Of a stretch of DNA of 64,000 nucleotides, positions 58,559-64,000 are shown piece after piece. The stretch lies in assembly GCA_048013815.1 (NCBI GenBank), contig CM106585.1, positions 15,376,001 through 15,440,000 of the forward strand, written 5' to 3'. This DNA comes from Setoptus koraiensis (taxonomy: Eukaryota > Animalia > Arthropoda). The notes under the pieces are model-generated. The model saw only the letters and a program-made list of their open reading frames with translations, was not told the DNA's origin and made no database searches. The position numbers were made by a program, and so were the translations under genes. The number at the start of each line of letters is the position of its first letter. The stretch's first letter is position 1.

Positions 58559-59316
58559 TCAGGGATTTCTCCGGCTTCTAACCTTCCTGTTGGCGTCCTC
58601 TCTGAGAGCCTTCTCACGCGGTTTAGGCGGAGAACAACCAACTTCGATAGAGGCTATTGTTCCTATTGCTTTGGTTCTACCCTCGCGAAAGATCATCTTT
58701 TGGCCGAGTCTTAAATATTCAGGATTCTTGATAAATCTGAAATGCACTGAAGCTTTGTCTCCAGTCCTGAGGCATTCAGCGTCCATATTTAATATTTGTG
58801 CCGTTTGTCTAATGCTACCGCAATGAATAACCGCTTGATATCTGACACTTATGGTAGTGGCATGATGTAGAATTAGTATTTCAGCAGTGAATTCCCAATA
58901 AGCCAAAGGTGGAGTTGGCGAGGCCATCATCACCATTCCCTTTCGCACCTCCGATCTTTTGATTTTTTTCAAACCAAATGAGGCAGTCTGTCCACTGTGA
59001 ACCTCGGCAACAGGCATTCGCTTCCTATGAATAGATCTTATTGAGACGTGTTGGTATTCTCCGACGGAATCAGGGCCTAAATAAAGGACGTCGTTCACTC
59101 TGATGACTCCTTTAGAGATAAGACCAGATACGACAGTGCCCACTCCTGGCACCTGGTGTATATCGTCGATCACATAACAGGCGGTGTCATTGTCCGATTT
59201 AGGTGTTCTAGTCATCAACAAATTGAGGAACATCTTCAATAAGTTCAAATTTGTACCAGCTACAGTTGATATTTGAAATATTGGACACAACCTTTCGGTG
59301 GCGAAGTTAGTGGCTC
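58559..59316 (-). other. Mirror copy of the 3' part of GTPBP1 (probably artefactual)
   Basis: Reverse complement of 47559-48316, cut off by the N gap. Confidence 0.85.
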
Positions 59317-59816
59317 NNNNNNNNNNNNNNNNNNNNNNNNNNNNNNNNNNNNNNNNNNNNNNNNNNNNNNNNNNNNNNNNNNNNNNNNNNNNNNNNNNNN
59401 NNNNNNNNNNNNNNNNNNNNNNNNNNNNNNNNNNNNNNNNNNNNNNNNNNNNNNNNNNNNNNNNNNNNNNNNNNNNNNNNNNNNNNNNNNNNNNNNNNNN
59501 NNNNNNNNNNNNNNNNNNNNNNNNNNNNNNNNNNNNNNNNNNNNNNNNNNNNNNNNNNNNNNNNNNNNNNNNNNNNNNNNNNNNNNNNNNNNNNNNNNNN
59601 NNNNNNNNNNNNNNNNNNNNNNNNNNNNNNNNNNNNNNNNNNNNNNNNNNNNNNNNNNNNNNNNNNNNNNNNNNNNNNNNNNNNNNNNNNNNNNNNNNNN
59701 NNNNNNNNNNNNNNNNNNNNNNNNNNNNNNNNNNNNNNNNNNNNNNNNNNNNNNNNNNNNNNNNNNNNNNNNNNNNNNNNNNNNNNNNNNNNNNNNNNNN
59801 NNNNNNNNNNNNNNNN
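59317..59816. other. Scaffold gap (500 N)
   Basis: Run of exactly 500 N. Confidence 0.99.
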
Positions 59817-62800
59817 AGTTTGAATCCGTCCCCCGGTTGGTCTCGATTGGGGGGCGGCCTGGGTTTGTCGATGGAGCAGTTGGAAGGGGGTGAGGAGAAG
59901 CGGCTAAGGGGAGAATATGTTTTGTTGGTGGGGTGTAGCTCGTACGGCGATGAAAGGATTGGTTGTTGTTCGGGTGTGATGTGAAGGCGGTGAGGTTTGA
60001 GTCCGGACACCGCTTCGGGCGTAGGGTGGGAGTGAGCTCAGTGAGCGCGATAGGGGTGTGATTGAGGAGGGGGTTACAAGCCACGTGGGGGTCCGCACGT
60101 CTTGGCACGGGACATGGTGGGGTTGGTTGATTGGTGCAATGCGGGTGTGGGTTTGTTGGGTACGGGCGAGTACTAGTGGTTACACGCCGTCTCAAGGGCC
60201 GGGTTTGGGGTGGGTTGCGGTATGGGGAGCGGGGGTGTGATGGTATTGGAGGGGTGACAGAGATGGGGCGTCGGCGGTTGCGGTGGGTCACGGGGTTTGG
60301 GGCGATACGTCGTCTGCGATGTGCGCGGGCGGGGGGGTGGGTATTGACGCCGGTGGAAGGGTGTGGGGAGTGACTACTTCCGGTCGGGGTCACGTCCGGG
60401 GTGCAGGGGGAGGATGCGTGCTGAGTCGCGGGGTGGTCCGTGGTTTGGGGTGTAAGCGACGGGGGTGTGTGCGGGGGGGTGGCAGGGGGTCCAAGTCGGG
60501 GGGTTAGGCCCGGGTCACACCCGGGGGGATAGGGTCTACTTCGTCGTTGGGGCGTTGCAATTTGAGTTACGGACGCGAACTTTTGTGGAACGATTGGTCA
60601 CGAGGGGCGTCCTGGACCCCCACGGGCCTCGAGGGGTGGTGTTGTGAGTGGGGGGAGTTGTCGGGATCGATGCCGTCGGGTGCGGAGCCCCCGGGGGTAT
60701 GGGGTGGGGGTTAGTAACGGGTAGTAAATTACGGGGGTTGGGGTGGTGGAAGTGGAGATTCTGCACTGACAGCCAGTCCCAAGCACATACTCCGAGGAGT
60801 GAGTGGTTGACTATGCGATCATTGGGTAAATGGCTTTCGGGGACTGGTATAGGCAGACTGTGGATGGTGGAAGATGCGCAGGCTTAAGGATGGATGTTGT
60901 GGAGTTGCGTCGGTCGTTGGCGAGGGCGCGTGGGCGATTGGTGGGTTACGGGTTGGGGGGGGTGGGGACGGGCGCAGGCGCCAGGGTACATTCCGAAGTG
61001 TGAGACTTGGTGGTGGTCCCTATTCAGGGTGGGGAAGCTGCCGGGCGTGGCTCGTCCCGCTGGGTGGCAGGTGGGCGGGGGTAAGGGTTCGGAGATGATG
61101 GGGAGGGTGGGCCACTGACGTGGGGTGGGCACTGGTGGACGTTTTATGTCTTGCTGTGCGGCTGACAGCCAACGGAGTTGGTCCGGTGCCGCGAGGGTGT
61201 GATAGCGGCGCAAGGGGCGGGGCAAGGTGCTTCGGTCATGGATGGGTGGGGTGTGAGGCCCGGGTAGACGGTGTTGAGGGCGGGGTATTGAGGTGCTCAT
61301 GCCTGACGCGGTCTGGTCCGCGCGGAGAACGCGGCCGTGAAGCGAGGGGTGAGTTATGAACTCCTGGTAAAACCATGACAGCCTCGGGAGTATGTCGGGT
61401 GGGGCGTGTTGCGAAGTCGGGATCTCGGAGGGTCAGGGGAGGGGTTGTAGGGGACCTAGGTGGGATCCGGGTTCGGGTTGGAATGTAGTGTCTCTAGCGG
61501 GGGTTTGGCTGGGGTGTAGATGGGGGGTTCAGCGCTACATGTGCCGTGGGTGGCAGGGGGGGCCCCGCCTCTGCTTGCGCAGCGACCACACCCGGCCACG
61601 CGGCGGGGGACCGGAATGAGGTGGGGGAACGTGGTACTGGGGCGTGCTACAGAAAATCTCTATCGGGGGAGAGTGCGCAAGTGGGGGGTGGTCTAGTGGT
61701 TGATGCGAGTCCAATGTGTGACCATCGGGGCTGGTGGTGTTGAACTGATGAGTGTTGTGCGGAGGGAGTGAGCCCGAGGCCCGGGTCGCAGGGGGCCGGA
61801 GGGGGTTTAGGCCGTGGGCGTGGCAGTCGCGCGGGGGGGCTTGGTAAGGAGATGGTGGCGTGTGTCATCGGTGCGGTGCGTGGGGGGATGTGTGTCTGTC
61901 TTGGGTGGGATGGGGGAACGCGTGGGGGGGGGGCGGGGTTGGCGGGGGCCTGATTGGGTATGGTCGGGCGGGGGGTTGCACGGTTAGGCGGTCGGGCGGG
62001 GGGGGCAAGGTGTCTAGGGTGTTGAGTGTGGGACCACGGGGGAAGGTGGGCGGTGTGTCGGCCACGCGAACTGGTGCTCGAGTGGGGTCGTAAGGGGTAT
62101 CGGTGAGACCGGTGCCGGGACGGCGTTGTGGCCGGGCGGTTTTGGGGTGACGGAGGCCCCGTCGGTGGTAATGATGTCTAGGGGGGGGCGGCGAGGTAAT
62201 AGTCTGGGTGGGATCTGACAGGGTTGGGTTGTGCTCGGGCAGTCATGCTTGGACTTGGTTTCGACCTCGATGTGGCGGAGGCGCTCTGGGGGGGAGGGCG
62301 TTGGGGGTGGTAGCAGAGAGGGGCGGGGCCGTCTCGAGGGGAAGGCCGGGGAGTGGGTGGGAGGGAGGGGTGCCGGTTGGTGTTTGTGAGAGGTCTTTGT
62401 TGAAGTTGGGGGAGGTGGTGGGTAGATTTCCCCCGGGGCGGTCGCTGTGCTGGGTTATTGGTGCGGTTGTTGGTTAAGCCACCGGGGACAGGGAGTGCTG
62501 GGAGAATGAACAGGATGGAGCTCTGGAAACTGGAGTGGGAGTGGGTTCCGTGGGCTCGTGGTGGAGTGGGGGGGGGTCCGTGCGGTAGGGGGGCGTAGGT
62601 TGTGGGGTGGTAGACCTAGGTGTGGTGTCAAGCCTGGGATTAGTGTGACTGTAGAGCGGAGTTTTGGCTCGGTTGCCTCCTCCGTCCAGTAAGACGGGAG
62701 CGGACCGGTAAGCTGCAGTGGGGATATCAGGCGGCAGGGTCGTCCGTGTGGGGCACAGAATGCGACACCGTGTGTGCGGGTAGGGATGGACCCTGGCACT

Positions 62801-63827
62801 TGAGGTTGGCGTACCCACCGTTCGTAATTTAGAGAGTAGCCGTAGTGTGTGGAGTTGGTCGGGCAGGCGATGTCTGTCTTGCCGGGGGTGGGGGGTCGGT
62901 GCGTAGGCAGGTGTGGGGGCTCCTCATGGGGGGGGGTGGCGGCCGGTGGTTCGGGCCCGCGGCGGGGGGGGTGACGTGAGAGCCGGGGGGGGGTAGGAGT
63001 CGGGGAGGGTACGAGTTAGGTTGGTGGTCTCAGTCGTGCGGGGTGCGGTGGGTGATTGGAGCTTTGCGCGTTGGGCTTCGGTTGTGTGGGGGGTGGGGGG
63101 GAGGCAGGGGTGAAAAGGGGAGGGGTATGTAGGGGGATAGGGGGTGGAGACGAGCCGGGGTTGGTATCGTTGGGCGTGGGGGAAAGGGTAGGTGAGTCCC
63201 CCCACCCCCCCCCAGGGGGCAGGTGGTGGCCGGCGGGAGGAGCCGGGGGTCAGGTGTGGGAGACACCGAGAGTGAGGGGGGGGGTCTTCAACCCAGTTGG
63301 GGTGTGGGGGGCTCGGGTCCGGGAGTTAGGTAGGGTGCTATGGCTGCCCAAGGCGTGGGTTGTGCAGGGCGCTCAAGGGCGATGGGTGTTTGTCGGGGAG
63401 GGTGGGGTGCTAATTGAGGGTTCGGACTGGGGTGTGGCGCAGGGGTGTTGGGAGGGCTGGGCAGGGGTGCTGGAGACGGGCGTGTTGTGTGGCCCCCCTA
63501 GTGGACACTGCCTGGGTGCGGTGTGGGGTGCCGGGGGGGGGTGTGTGAAGTAAGTTTTTAATCGAGGCGGTTTGAGTCAGGTACCGGTCCGTATGGGGTG
63601 GTGGGCTGGCGGCTGAGCGAGGGTTGTTGGGCGGTGGTGGTAGGGGGATGAGCTCCGGGCGGGTGGGGCGGGGGGGTGTGGTGCCACAGATTTGGCGTTC
63701 GGAGCCCGACCCTTGGTTAGATGGGGAGCGGTGTACGGGGTCGGTGTCTAGTTTCGGGGGCTTCTGTAGGGCCGGTTGGTGAGGATACCACTTCGGGACT
63801 GGCTGTTGGGGTTGTTGTAGTGTCAGC
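59817..63827. other. Strongly G/T-skewed, non-periodic sequence, probably low-quality unpolished read
   Basis: Very frequent G runs, no recognisable ORF or repeat unit, unlike the rest of the window. It starts at a gap and switches abruptly to AT-rich sequence at about 63828. Confidence 0.6.
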
Positions 63828-64000
63828 TTTCCCCTTTATTTAATTTCTTATACAGTCCGTTTATTTCATTCTATTACTATATTTTTATAATTAAATTGCT
63901 TTACAATTATTCTTTTTTTATTTTCGTTTACAAACTTTTTTTAATATTTTTTTGTCTTTTTACTCATGCATCAATGTTCTCAGAGCCCGTTTATAAGGTA

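Larger units (their letters stand above)
47559..59316. repeat. About 5.85-kb-arm near-perfect inverted repeat (47559-53413 / 53464-59316), likely assembly artefact
   Basis: The right arm is the reverse complement of the left. I noticed only two 1-nt indels and one substitution. It has an adapter-like centre and ends at an N gap. Confidence 0.95.

Noticed and set aside
47559-59316. Real inverted gene duplication or palindromic amplification of the kinase and GTPBP1
   Set aside because: The centre matches a SMRTbell adapter, the arms are almost identical, the kinase is cut mid-domain and the arm ends at an N gap.
59817-63600. Pro/Thr-rich and Gly/Trp-rich ORFs in the post-gap tract
   Set aside because: They are a by-product of G skew, with no motifs, and the underlying sequence quality is doubtful.

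Overview
Compact, intron-poor animal genomic DNA. An acariform (possibly eriophyoid) mite is inferred from gene content, gene density and intronless housekeeping genes; the species is not determined. 1-35.4 kb is gene-dense: NPRL3, a divergent ionotropic receptor, several orphan secreted proteins (including a tandem pair), an atypical cathepsin L-like protease, two tandem divergent gustatory-receptor-like genes, a large PAN/Apple type I membrane protein, importin-9, ITPK1, MANF, a LysM-TM protein and a PDZ-less Erbin/Densin-type LAP protein. The standout is an intact chimeric ORF (29418-30764, minus). In it the signal peptide and complete six-Cys saposin-like domain of a diverged MANF duplicate, copied with about 360 bp of MANF upstream DNA, is fused in frame to a STIM EF-hand/SAM/TM/CC1/SOAR module, directly upstream of the parental MANF. 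35.4-46.6 kb is a repeat-rich region without credible ORFs, followed by GTPBP1 and an MLCK-like kinase. The 11.8-kb palindrome (47559-59316) has a degenerate PacBio SMRTbell adapter at its centre and is most likely an assembly artefact. The G-rich sequence after the 500-N gap is probably low-quality read junk. Exon structures were inferred by eye from GT-AG sites and frame continuity. No database searches were run.
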